Shown: positions 39,726-51,436 of the stretch, piece after piece
How positions within the stretch are numbered: the stretch's first letter is position 1
How the letters are laid out: the number at the start of each line of letters is the position of its first letter
Origin: Rhizodiscina lignyota
Taxonomy: Eukaryota
NCBI GenBank assembly: GCA_010015805.1
Contig: ML978121.1
Span: 3,224,001 to 3,288,000 of the forward strand
Length of the DNA: 64,000 bases
Reading direction: 5' to 3'
Notes under the pieces: generated by a model
What the model was told of the DNA's origin: nothing
The model's database searches: none
The model's input: only the letters and a program-made list of their open reading frames with translations
Program-made: the position numbers and the translations under genes

Positions 39726-40722
39726 GGAAGGACAAACTGCACATGAGGATCCGTGTTCGATATGTCGTCTCGATGAGAGAATATCAGGAATGATTGTGTT
39801 CAGGGTTCAATATGAACCAGTACAGAAGAACTGTGAAATAGGTTAGAGGATGCTTTTGAATATGGTGGTCTACTAAAATGATATATCTGATATGTACAGA
39901 GTAGACCGCAGATGCATTGGACAAGTTCGGGAGTAGCAAAATCCCAGCAGCAAAAATTCGCAGTAAGCTTGAATCTCACACGATGACGAATCCGTCGGTG
40001 ATGTATCTTAAAGGGGTACTCGTAGAGTATGTCGTATTACACATCTCGGAGAGTTGCTGTATGCGAAGTTGTTCGTGCTCTTGATTGTCTCGGGCCGACA
40101 TCTTGTCGAGTGAGAGATTTGATTGCTAGAACTTCACCGACTCAAGAGAGCATTATATGAGAGATTGCCTGAATATTCCGACAAATGATGTGTGATGGAA
40201 ATGCACATGTGTCTCAGGGGGTGAATGATAGTGAAAAGAATCGGAATTTCGGTGGATTACCGCCTCTTTTTGGAATCCAGATACGACACCTCCAGGAAGA
40301 ACTCGAAGGTCTAAATTGTCTCTTGCAATGAACTGACTCTATGAAGGAAATCAATGGCGGAAAGAACTATCTTCATATTTGAGGAATCTTGCTTAAGGTG
40401 GTTCGAAGAACAACATAACAATTCCAAATCCTCGCTGACGGCCGCAAACTCCGAAAACGGCGAGTTGATGCGATGCCCGGAAAGGGTTGCCGCGACAGCG
40501 CTACAAGTGGATTTTCTCAATTGAGGAGATCTCGTAAGCGGGTCCCGAGGCATATAGCTTGGAGATCGTTCGTCTCGCTCGTGTAGGATGTGGGAAGATT
40601 AATAGCTGAGTTGTGAGAGACTCCGCTCGTTCATACAATTCATTCTTCCTGCTTTCATAATCCGTAAAGGTGTCTGTATCCATTATACCCTTATTTGACA
40701 TCTTTGAGCCCTTGAAGTCAAA

Positions 40723-41725
40723 ATGCCGAATTTTCCTGAATTGTTTACGAAGAATGAGGTGCAGATCGGGACGTTTCTCACATTTCCGAGCGTTCACAGG
40801 TGAGCTTTGGACTAATATTAATGACTTGTATGTAGCAATGAACTGAGATACTCTCTTGTAGCGCTCAAGTAATGAGCCAGCTCGGATTCGCATTCCTGAT
40901 AGTTGATGGCGAGCATAACCCCCTTTCGCCGCAAGATTGGACACATATTGTTCACGCAGTTGCGAGTGCTTCTCATGGCCGCGTCGTCCCGCTGGTTCGG
41001 ATTCCAGCACCCGGAGTTGAATATGTAAAGCGATCTACATACCGCGATAGACTCATGTAAGCTAACGCAGGCAGGTAAAATGGGGACTGGACTCTGGTGC
41101 GGCGGGGATTGTTATCCCAATGGTCCAAACGAGGGCAGAAATGGAGTCAGTCGTCAGATATGGAAGATATCCGCCGCTGGGTCAGAGAAGCTTCGGCCCG
41201 TAAGTTCTCTGTTTGGCGTCAAAGAGTCAGCTAAGAGGCATCTACAGTTTCCATGCACAGTTTGCCGATGTGTCAGAGGACGCCAGCATGATGAAGTACT
41301 TCACAAAACAGCAAGTCAACGTTCACAAGACACTTGCTTCGCATTCCGCTGACAGATAACTCAGAGCGAAAGATGTTGCGATAATTCCAATGATTGAGTC
41401 AGCACAAGGGGTGGAGAACTGCGACGAGATCCTCAGCGTAAAAGGAATTTCTGGTGTGTTCGTGGGCAGCTCTGATCTTCGACTCTCTCTCGGCCTGATG
41501 GGCCCTGATGGAACGGAGGAGGTTTTTCTCTCGGCGCTGCAGAAAATTGCAGACACGGGGAAGAAATACGGCCTGCCTGTTGGAGCTTGGGTGCCCCATA
41601 GCGCCGCTGTGGAAAGGAACAAGAAATTCGGGTTTACCTGGTTCAGCGTTGGATCCGACGGTGCTTGCATCGCACAGGGCGGAGCGCAACTTCTGAAAGA
41701 TGCAAGCGCAGCCTCGAAGATATGA
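40723..41725 (+). CDS. HpcH/HpaI-family class II aldolase
   Basis: IVDGEH, LVRIP, LDSGAAGIVIPMV, YPPLGQRSFG, PMIES, VFVGSSDL. Four introns, the last GC-AG (41311-41364). Confidence 0.88.
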
Positions 41726-41904
41726 ACGATGGGTTACAGGGACAAACCAAGTAGAGATGAGTCTTGTTCCTTTGGGGGGGACTCAATAACAAGCGTCTCT
41801 CAATGGATTACAGCTTGCAATCAGCCCATCCAATACCAATTTTACACATGAACGAGAGAATATATATCGACAGTCCTCGATTCAGAAATCTCTACACCTT
41901 ACGC

Positions 41905-42527
41905 TTATATCAATAATTTGCCTATTCTCTTGTGGTGTTCCTCCCATTGTAGCCGATATTCCGCGTCCTCGTCTCCAAGCGTAGATTCGCCGCTGCTAAT
42001 ATTGACCACGGTCTTTCCGGAGTAGACAGCAGTGATTCCGCCATCGGCACTCTTCTTGTCGATTAGATTGAATTCGTCTAGATCAATCACTTCCTTATAG
42101 TAATGATGTTGAAAGGCCTCGTGAAATTTGTCCAGGCTCTCGGCCTCGAAAGCGGCTATGCCATCGAATTCTTTTCCGTTAATTTCTCCGGAAACATGCA
42201 TCTGAAGCTGGTATTCAGTTGAGCTCGATAGAACCAAAGCTAGACACCTACCTGGCGGTACCCTTGAATTCCACAAGCCTCAGCCCAAGGCACGCATAGT
42301 GGACCGTGTACTCCCTAATGGTCATTTACATGAGTCTTCATGAGACTGGACGTAGGTCTTTGTCTGAGATTATTCATCGGATACTCACAGCCCAATATTC
42401 GTAGAACGATTCTCTGGTGAGTTCAGGGTTCCGCCTGATGTCTGCAGGATGCTTAGAATACATGAACTGGGCGCCTTAAGTGACTATCAAAGTACATACA
42501 CATCAAGATGTTCACGTTGGTATGCAT
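41905..42527 (-). CDS. EthD-domain (dimeric alpha/beta barrel) protein
   Basis: Spliced reading IRRNPELTRESFYEYWA|GVHGPL...GYRQ|MH...FDGIAAF...DEFNLID. Three introns. Confidence 0.8.
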
Positions 42528-43389
42528 CCTGCTGCGTCTGAAGAGAGAAGCAAGACGAGAAAGATTTAAGAGAAACAGGTATAGATCCGAATAAAACTAC
42601 AATAATGCAAACGTCTGACAATGTCTCTAGATATCCGAAGACTGAGCAGATGCTTGAGAGACTGAAGAGTTCGATAAGACTACGCCGGGATGAACATATC
42701 CGAAGCTAAGAGCTAGCTGATATGGTCCTGTTGGACGGAAGCTGGTGACTTTACCATTTGAACGTGCCATTCATCTCGGAAGCTGCCATTCTGCAGAGAA
42801 GTGATACTGAATTTTTGACCTATCAGAGTTTTGAAGTTGGCCGAAGTCAGGGGAGGCGGAGAAATCTCATCTCGGTGGCTTTAGCTGTTTTGAGAACCCT
42901 CGCCGCTTATGGAGGACAACACAGAAGCAGAAACGAAAGGCGTATCGTATGCCTTAGAGTACAACCTAGCCGAAAAAAAGAAGGAAATGAATAACAGTAC
43001 AGCAGAACTACATTACCACAACAATAACTTTTTATTTCAAGTGTACGAGCATGCACATACTTGAATTGAATTCTTGAATGCTATCTAAATTTAACTGTAT
43101 TTGGGTAGTGGCTCACATAGCGCTTACTAAAATCTTCTAGCGCCATTCTAATAAACACGAAAACCGCGGTACTGCTCCGTACAGGCAACTCAATTAGGTG
43201 CACCTTTTCGTTTCGCACTTCCTCCCACACTCCACTTCAGAGCCAACACCTGACATTAGGCGTCTCACTTCATACTTTTCTCATATTGCGACCATTGACG
43301 GCTGTTGCCCTTTTGCTCCAGGCAATTCGCAACCTTCAGTCGCAGGCATCACTTTTCAATCTTGAATTTGCGTTCTGACCTAGCGCAGC

Positions 43390-44079
43390 ATGACTTCAGC
43401 GCTATTGCTCCCAGGTGACAGTCTCAAAAGCGATGAACACTCGCCAGGTTCAGGGACTCATAAATACGGAGCGCACTTGTGCGCCTCCATTTGTGGTCCA
43501 GTTCACCGATCACATGGCTCCGCAAAAAGGAAAGCCGCCTCCACAAGCTCCAAAGCTCTGGCTCACTCTTCAATATCAATATCAAGACCGAGGAATGCAC
43601 CTCTCCTCCCCGAAGTCAACAATGCCGTCCTCGCTCGCATAACGCGACTAACACCACGCTCCGCCGCCTGCTCCATCCTCGCCATCTACCCATCTTCGAA
43701 CAACTCCACGTCCACTTCAAATGCCGCTACGCTACCTCCGCCACCGTCCCACGTTGAGCCAATACCTGTACCTCAACAGTCACAGTTCTCCGGACAGATA
43801 CGAGCGCAAGATGTCCGAGCGACTGAGAAGGACAAGGTTGTCATGAGCGAGGCGTTTCGCGTCGGAGACGTTGTGCGGGCGGTTGTCATCAGCTTAGGCG
43901 ACCAAAGAGACTTCTACTTGAGTACGGCAGGCAACGACTATGGCGTGATACTAGCTTGGTCGATGGATGACACGGGAACAATTGGCGGAGGCAGCCTTAT
44001 GGCGCCCTTGTCGTGGCAAACGATGAAGGATCCGGACACAGGGAAGACGGAGAAGAGGAAGGTTGCGAAGCCGTTATGA
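43390..44079 (+). CDS. CSL4: Exosome complex component Csl4
   Basis: IRAQDVRATEKDKV, FRVGDVVRAVVISLGD, YLSTAGNDYGV, EKRKVAKP. Confidence 0.93.
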   Translation: MTSALLLPGDSLKSDEHSPGSGTHKYGAHLCASICGPVHRSHGSAKRKAASTSSKALAHSSISISRPRNAPLLPEVNNAVLARITRLTPRSAACSILAIYPSSNNSTSTSNAATLPPPPSHVEPIPVPQQSQFSGQIRAQDVRATEKDKVVMSEAFRVGDVVRAVVISLGDQRDFYLSTAGNDYGVILAWSMDDTGTIGGGSLMAPLSWQTMKDPDTGKTEKRKVAKPL

Positions 44080-44256
44080 GTCTTGCAAACGATAAGTTTC
44101 TACGATATTACAATCGGGATTCGTCGTTATGGGAAACCGAAATAGTGGCCGGATTGCTTTCAGTGCCAGCAAAGGAGTTTCGGCTTGAAAGTGTACCCAT
44201 AATGACCATTCAAACAAGACGGGCTAGAGTCATTCGAACCGCTCTTCGATCAGCAT

Positions 44257-45867
44257 CTATTCAAGAGCGCCGCTCTCCAATAGTAACATCTCCACCCTTT
44301 CCAAACGGCCGGTACTCCGAAAGCCGTGCCTCCGTCGTTCAAGGGATGCTTTTTTGAAGATACAGTATGCCGTCGCACCGGCTGGAACTACGAAATGACG
44401 TACTGTAATATCCGTGGTTGTAGCGTTGATGTCAACATTTGTGCGAAGAAGATGCTGTAAAGATGCAATTGCATCATCTGAATCTAAATGGAAAGTATCA
44501 GTAGCCCATACGTGCTAACCACAAATTAGCGTCTATTCCATTCAATTTCCTCATATACCCACCAATGCATTCCACCCCCATTTATCAGTGATGCGTGGGT
44601 CAGCACCAGAGTCCAGGAGGAAGGCGATGATTTTCGGTCGGTGAGCAAAGCACATAAGAAGGGTCTCTCCGACGTGACTTCTTTCGTCGACATCGCGGTC
44701 TTTCTCCGAAAGTCGTTGAATAATTTCCAAGACTTGCTGCTCCTCGAATCGAAGTAATAGGTACATCTTGAGGTTTATAACGCACTGTATCGGCGATTCG
44801 CCGCACTTGCAACAATACTGAGTCAGATCGGACATATCGACGAGCATATTTACGGCGTCAAATATGCCTGCAGGTATTGCGTCGTGAAGGAATGTCGTGT
44901 TGCTCTCTTTCATGACGTTGATAATGCCCCCAACTTCCTGAAACACCTTCAGTATTGCAAAGTCTCGGTTTTCAATAGCAATAGCACATGCTAGTCTTTG
45001 CATTTGACGGTTCAGTAGTTTTATTCGACCAGCCAAACTTTCCATTCTCTCTTCTCTGAAGACTACCCGCAAAGTGTTGATTATGCTTAGAGGGAGATCA
45101 AGTTGATCAGTGAAGGGGGCGCTGTGATGCTGGCATAGAGCGTGATAAATCTCGACCAGGCTCTCATGGAAGCCTCTGCGTTCTTTGTCTACACAGGACC
45201 ATATTGGCAAACCTGGGATCAGTTCTGTAAACACCATCCAAGGGATTCTGGGACTCGCGTCATAAGTCTCCAAACAATCCATCAATTCGGCAATTGTGAG
45301 TGACCGGGATAGAGGAAGATTCAACACAGAAGTCCTCTCCTCCAGCGGCAAGGATGTTGAGTTTTCCTTGGAGATTCTGCGGATTTCGAGACCCTCCGTG
45401 AATGCGCTTCCTTTCGAAACAGTCTGGCTGTGATCGACGACTTAAAACGGTTAGGATAGAAGAACACTTCAAGGCCGCAACATCACGTACCACACTTGGA
45501 ATGGCGTTTCAATTCCTTTGATATTCTCTTTTTGTTAAGCGCGACACAGCAAAGCAACACCTCATGACCGTCTCTATCGTCTGCCAGTTTACTCTCTACC
45601 CACTTCCATTCTTGCGGTGAAAGATTCTTCCGCCATCGCCATTTCTTGAAATGGGTTTCGTACTGGTTTTTGCTTCAAGCAAAGATATCTGTTAGCTAGG
45701 ATTCGTATGGATTTTGTTTAAAATTTACAGTAAACCAACCTTGCTCGAAAGTGGTGATCGGATCGCATGATTTGAATCACGTCCCCGAGTTTCCGATCAT
45801 GTTCCATGTACAGCTCCCATATTTGTGGTTTATGGACTTCCCATTCCTCGCTAGAAAGGGAGCCCAT
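44257..45867 (-). CDS. Clr5-domain protein with C-terminal ankyrin-like repeats
   Basis: Exon 1 MGSLSSEEWEVHKPQIWELYM...MRSDHHFRA|SKNQYETHFKKWRWRKN (Clr5 pattern). Three introns. Ankyrin-like GETLLM..FLLDSGADPRITDKWGWNALH; last exon ends LLLESGALE*. Confidence 0.8.
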
Positions 45868-47035
45868 TGTGTAGTTAGTCTTTTTTCTGGATTGCTTTTG
45901 ACGTGGATTTTGTGGAAGAGATCTTTGACCTCAAGTCGTGTGAAGGGCTCTGGTACTGGAGATTTGGGTGAGAAATTGTTCAAATATGTTCGAGGGCTTG
46001 ACAAGGCTGAGATAAAGAAATAAGAATGTGGCGTCTGACATGCGTCGGCCCTCCAATAGCAGATATGATAGTACGTCTCTTAGAATGCTTCTTCCATGGA
46101 GCTTTATTTGTCTAAACGTTGATGAGGCATGGTTGACCGCAATCTTAAGATTTCGACTCTCAAAGCCACATGCATGTCTTCCCCACATTTCCACGCGAGG
46201 CTTAGGATAGATGCCTTATTAGTCCATCGAATCAGTGCCTCGACCCCTAGTTTGCATTGTTGCAAGGGGTTGACGTCTTCTGCTGCAGCATACCCTTTAC
46301 GTACCGAAGCAGCCACAAATCAGCAAAAAGCACAGTACTCAAGGTCGCCACGCCTCTTTGAAAAGCGGAGCTCCATGCTTGGGTCGATTGGACGACTAGA
46401 ATCTTGATGCACGGCAACCAAAATCTTGGTGCAGGAATGTTTCCGCAGAAGGGATAAGGCGGAAAGACTTGACACCAAGGACACTGTGACACGGCTGCCA
46501 AAATCTTACGCTTGAACTCTTAATCTTCTTCACTCCTATTTGCTGTCCGAAATCTTGCCGCGGTTAGCTCAGAATCTTCACGAATCGGACAAGGCCTCGT
46601 ACCGCAAATCCTCCTGAACGCCAATGTCATTAGATATCCAAAATCTGAATGCATATATGCCAAAGCTAGTAGTTCTAAGCCAACTTCGCTAGACTTGCCG
46701 TGCCTGCATAGAATATCCGGATCGCCCCGCCACTCACACCGTCGGTGATATACCTAGAAGTCTCTCTGGAATCAAAAAGTAGAATGCCCAGCCTCGTTGA
46801 ACTTTGTCACCGCTTCTCTGCCTGCACTTTCTCTCTCTCCCTTTTCTTATGATTTTGGATATGGGACATGCTTCCCCTAAGCCGCGCTCCAATTGACTTC
46901 AGTATAAAAGCAAATCTTCCGCATCTGTCATGGCCATCACTTTGTCCCAGACAACCTATTAGCAGCACATCCCCATTTCCAACGCTTTCACCTTTGCGCC
47001 TCCTTATTGCATTCGTCACATATTGTAGTCCTTTC

Positions 47036-47530
47036 ATGGCAGCTATACACTCTTATGCTTCACTGTCGACACTGTCGAACGCTAGCAATAAACCCAATGT
47101 ATGGGGAGACATCATAACCAACACTGTATTCGGCATTTTATCAGCTCTCCTGGCTACAATTACCATCTGGCAAGCTCAGCGGATGTACTATGGGCATGCC
47201 GCAGCACGTCGCCAAGGTGGTATGTCTTGCTCTAAGCAAACGGCCCATGATTTGAGAGGATATCATTTGACCGTTCTGCTTTTCCCAGATCGAGCTGACA
47301 TAGAGCACGACGCCGTCGGAGCTTCTCCGCTGCCGACACCCACCATCCAAGATGCTCAGTCTCAGCCAAATAGCCTGAGCGGTATCGAACTTCAACAAGT
47401 CATGAATGCCAGCGGTCAAGGCAGCGAACAGAATACGCAAGATCAGGTGGCTCGGTCTGACATAGAGGACTACAATGTCCCCACTGGGTCGCCTCCTAGT
47501 CGTGAGACTGCCTCCACCACTGGTCTGTGA
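47036..47530 (+). CDS. Small single-TM hypothetical protein
   Basis: WGDIITNTVFGILSALLATITIWQA TM segment. Probable intron at about 47220-47288. TATAAAA at about 46903. Confidence 0.55.
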   Translation: MAAIHSYASLSTLSNASNKPNVWGDIITNTVFGILSALLATITIWQAQRMYYGHAAARRQGGMSCSKQTAHDLRGYHLTVLLFPDRADIEHDAVGASPLPTPTIQDAQSQPNSLSGIELQQVMNASGQGSEQNTQDQVARSDIEDYNVPTGSPPSRETASTTGL

Positions 47531-47926
47531 ACTTCAGATCCGACCTTGGGTATGTATGTTCCATAAGAACCTGGCCCAGGGTCCGTTCCGTGAACAGATA
47601 TGAAGAGTCTTCACCGACTGAGGACAGTAGCAATCAGTGCTGGGAGCCAGACTTTGACTTCTTCTGGTGCTCCTGGTATACGGATGTTTGGTTTGGTAGT
47701 TCGAAAATGGAAATGAGTCGGTCTGGAATTGGTTTTCTATGTGAAAATCAGCCTTAACTCAAAAGCACTATCGTTCGGGAGAAAAAGATACCGGAGGTTT
47801 CCAATTACGGTCAGCGATAGCATATTGACATTTCCGATGGGAAAGCTGTTTATATACTACTGAAGTCGATAACGCTGTAGTCAACACCCAACATGGGTGA
47901 TCGGCGCAAACCTCGCCGGGTTAAAC

Positions 47927-50900
47927 TCAACCCCATTCCCTCCCATACTCATAAAGTACGACCGCGGCAGCGGTTTGCACATTCAAACTCCTCGTGACTC
48001 CTACCTGCGGAATCTCTACGCAGAGATCACATTCCGCGAGCAGCCAGCCCGGAATGCCTTCCTTCTCGCTTCCAAGAACGAGGACACACTTCTTCGGCAA
48101 GACCTTACTCCCCTCTGATCCATTAGCTCGGGCATCTCCTCTTCCGCTTGGACGTTCGCGTCCTAAGACAATGCTCTTGTCCGTCTGCTCCACGCCCACA
48201 ATCCCATAGCCCAAGCCTCGCTTGGACTGCAACCACTCTCGTACGATCTTCTCGTCGCTCTTCACCTCCTCAATCGGGAGATGCATATGCGAATTGACGC
48301 TGACTCCAAGGAATGCGCGATCTTTCACCACCTCTGCCTTTCCGACAATCAGTGCCTCTGCACCAAAGATCTCCGCGGCACGGGATATGCCGCCCAGGTT
48401 GTGTGCAAACGCGATGTGTGACGCGAAGACGGTAATGGGACGAACGACTCGTTGTGAGGTAGACAGTGACGTGTCGGAGAGATTCAGGATGTTTTGCCAC
48501 GCGCTTGATTTCGTTTGCAGAGGACCAGCGGTTGAAGTAGCTTCAGTCGAGGTCTCTGCCTCCGTGGTTGAAAGGGGACTCGAAACATTTACGGTTGGCT
48601 TTGGATCGCCAAGTGGAATTGCATCTCCTGGCAATGAAAACCTCTCTTGTTCTTGTTTCCAAACTATTTCGAAATCTTCCCGCCGAACAATCGCGTCTTC
48701 CCAAGGTTCGATCCTCAAATAGTGGCCCTCAAACAGGTTTGTCAGCGTCCTGTCATGACGAATATCAAATTTCTCTAGAGCTCGTTGTGGCGGTGGATTC
48801 GTGTATCGATCTAGTGTGCGAATGTAGTCGTTGAGCGCCCTGAATGCAATGTTGCCGGTGAGACTCTGCCAACACTTCCGCTCTGCAACATCCCAGAGCC
48901 CCAAGAAAGACCACTGTGCTTCATGCCGCACAACGATTTTGGGGCTAGCGCACAAGGCAACCATGGCAGTCATTATGCGGAGTCCAAAATCTTCGGGACA
49001 CTCATCCAGTATACAGGCCTGCACTACGATCTTCAGAAGAGCTGCCATAAATTTCGGGTTATCATGATTTGGCGAACAAAGTGGTGTTAAGACTTCCTCC
49101 CGAGAGATCCCATCCTTCTCCAGGAGCGAAAGGCTAATCCACTCCAGGAGGTAGCGAAAACGCGGGAGAGGCTCCATAGAGAGGACTGTCAAGAAGCGCT
49201 TGAAATAGTGGGCAACGTCTGGACTGCGGTGAACGAAACAGCGATGGCAGAGTATTACCATCAGCTGCAATTGGGGCGTCGTCTTCCATTTGCTGACCAT
49301 TGGAACTGGTAACGTTTGTTGCTCCCACGGTTCAAGGAGGCGGTCCAGTACCTGGCGGCCGTACACCCAGTCGTCGGCACGGAGTCGATTAACCATGTCA
49401 AACAGATTCGCGTAGCCCACGCCCTCGCGGTGTCCGTAGTAGTACATGTAGGCGTGATTTGGACGATCTCGTTCAAGGATGGAAGAGACTGCAGCTTCCA
49501 TAAAGAATTCAGGCTTTGGAACCGGAGGTTTGTCTGCAAATGAGACAATGAAGTTTGATATCTGGATTTCCTGGAGAATTGCAAAAGATACACCATACGA
49601 GTAGCGCAAAGCTTTTGTGAGCGAAGCAAGAACGTAGACACGACCATTACAGAGGCCTTGCAACTCAGAAAGAACACGTAATAAAAATGAGTTTAATTCA
49701 GGATGATCTGAAGACGCGGAAATACATTGCGGATGAAAGAACGCTCCAGGTGCTACCAAGAGGACAGGCCTTGGGTAGTCCTGTGTTACGATTGCTTCCC
49801 ATATTGTCGTCAAGGCCTCGAAAATTGTTTCTGCTGGAAGGCCGGTTTCTACATTGAAACTTTTGGTAATCCTTTTTAGTGCTTTGACAAGCCCTGGTCC
49901 ATGAAGCGAGCGGTGACCAGTCGCCTCAACCGTCTCCATTAAATCATGGATGGACGAGACATCCGTTTCTAACGAAGCTTGGAAGTTTGATGAATCTGAT
50001 GATATATCCTGACGAAGCGGTTCTAAGGCACTATTTGGATCTTTAATTTCGTCCGTCCGAGTTAGTGCACACAGTTTCAAGCACTGTGCTTCTTGCAGGG
50101 CTCGCGCGATTGGTGGCAGTCCCGGTATCGATACTATTTTTCTCACAAGTTCGCGTTCTTGGGGACCAAGGGAGATAGGCGCATCATCTATGACGGAACC
50201 AAGACCTTTAAGCAAGCCTTCCAAAAGGTACGGTCCAGAGAAAGAGAATTGCTTGGCACCTGTGTCAACAATGTAATCCAGAATCTGGCGGCACAATAGT
50301 AGTAAAGCGTCCTCATCCTCGCATAAGCAGACTAGCCTGTCAATGAAGGACGAGAGCTTATCACCATGTTCACAGATAACGTGAGCGCCATTTCTCATGA
50401 TGCTAGAGGTGAACAGGGATCCTTGGCATGCCCACGGTAGGAATGACTGTACAAGAAATTCCGACCACACATCCGTCGCTGGATATGTCATTAGATCCCA
50501 GTCCAGGAAGTTGATACCAACGGCCTTTCGCACAGAGTCTTGTATACCACTGCGCAGAGCAGCATCCAATAGAATGATGATCCAGCTTGGATCAACGGCT
50601 CCATAAGGTGTGGCAAGCTCTTTCAACTCAGGGAGGCACTCCTCAACCTGGTTGATATAGCGGTCCAGTACGAGGGTTTGGAATAAGATGCAATATTTTC
50701 CATAAGCATCGAGGAAGTATTCCCGCTGACCATTCCCGGCTGCGAAAGCCATGCGTGGAGTATTGACATCCTGATCAAGTAGTGCCAGCGATCTGCTCAA
50801 GATATACAAGCAATATTTGCGTTGTTCAGCACTGTTTGCTCGGAGGCCTTGTTGGACGAGTTTCCAGTACTTGTCGTCACGAAAGATGTCGCCAGCATCG

Positions 50901-51283
50901 CTGGAATTTGAGAATTGGTGAAGCCATTTGACCCATGCAGCAAATGCAGGCGCGTTCTGTTGCGAGGGGTTGTCGTTCACGGATCCTTGAATCTGTTGCC
51001 AAGCTGATTTGAATGTTGCAGAGGCAGAATTGACATGCCCATCCACCAAGGCCTGACTCGAGAGCTTTTCAACAAGACCTTCGACATCGTTCGTTTCGTT
51101 GTTGGAAGTTTGAGGCATGCTTCCGCATTGGACTCGAGATGGGAGAAATAATTTTTCGCTTCCTCCATGGCGCGTGACGTAGCCCCGGAACTCGGCATAA
51201 CAGATCCGATTGTTTATTTCTAACTGTATCAGGTCTAGCGCTAAATCAACCAACAGCGCTTGCTTTGGGAAATCAATACGCAT
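47927..51283 (-). CDS. TRM3: tRNA (guanosine-18 2'-O)-methyltransferase, SpoU family (Trm3/TARBP1); start codon uncertain
   Basis: 1118-aa ORF with C-terminal SPOUT motifs NLGGISRAAEIFG, GVEQT, LVLGSEKEGIP, IPQVGVTRSLNV. Confidence 0.9.
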   Translation of the reverse strand: MRIDFPKQALLVDLALDLIQLEINNRICYAEFRGYVTRHGGSEKLFLPSRVQCGSMPQTSNNETNDVEGLVEKLSSQALVDGHVNSASATFKSAWQQIQGSVNDNPSQQNAPAFAAWVKWLHQFSNSSDAGDIFRDDKYWKLVQQGLRANSAEQRKYCLYILSRSLALLDQDVNTPRMAFAAGNGQREYFLDAYGKYCILFQTLVLDRYINQVEECLPELKELATPYGAVDPSWIIILLDAALRSGIQDSVRKAVGINFLDWDLMTYPATDVWSEFLVQSFLPWACQGSLFTSSIMRNGAHVICEHGDKLSSFIDRLVCLCEDEDALLLLCRQILDYIVDTGAKQFSFSGPYLLEGLLKGLGSVIDDAPISLGPQERELVRKIVSIPGLPPIARALQEAQCLKLCALTRTDEIKDPNSALEPLRQDISSDSSNFQASLETDVSSIHDLMETVEATGHRSLHGPGLVKALKRITKSFNVETGLPAETIFEALTTIWEAIVTQDYPRPVLLVAPGAFFHPQCISASSDHPELNSFLLRVLSELQGLCNGRVYVLASLTKALRYSYGVSFAILQEIQISNFIVSFADKPPVPKPEFFMEAAVSSILERDRPNHAYMYYYGHREGVGYANLFDMVNRLRADDWVYGRQVLDRLLEPWEQQTLPVPMVSKWKTTPQLQLMVILCHRCFVHRSPDVAHYFKRFLTVLSMEPLPRFRYLLEWISLSLLEKDGISREEVLTPLCSPNHDNPKFMAALLKIVVQACILDECPEDFGLRIMTAMVALCASPKIVVRHEAQWSFLGLWDVAERKCWQSLTGNIAFRALNDYIRTLDRYTNPPPQRALEKFDIRHDRTLTNLFEGHYLRIEPWEDAIVRREDFEIVWKQEQERFSLPGDAIPLGDPKPTVNVSSPLSTTEAETSTEATSTAGPLQTKSSAWQNILNLSDTSLSTSQRVVRPITVFASHIAFAHNLGGISRAAEIFGAEALIVGKAEVVKDRAFLGVSVNSHMHLPIEEVKSDEKIVREWLQSKRGLGYGIVGVEQTDKSIVLGRERPSGRGDARANGSEGSKVLPKKCVLVLGSEKEGIPGWLLAECDLCVEIPQVGVTRSLNVQTAAAVVLYEYGREWG

Positions 51284-51436
51284 CACTTGTGCTTAACACG
51301 CTGCCACGCTGGCAATCGCAATGTCCATGCGACCGCGCTATATCAACATGACCCTGGTTCCTTCCGTCTGATGCATTGTCATCGTCGCCTTCGTTCCAGA
51401 GAAGTTGTACATACCGTCGAAATTTTGCTCGAAGAC

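Noticed and set aside
40501..41010. 169-aa minus-strand ORF
   Set aside because: Antisense to the aldolase 5' exons with no domain features; a shadow ORF, like most short ORFs in the track.
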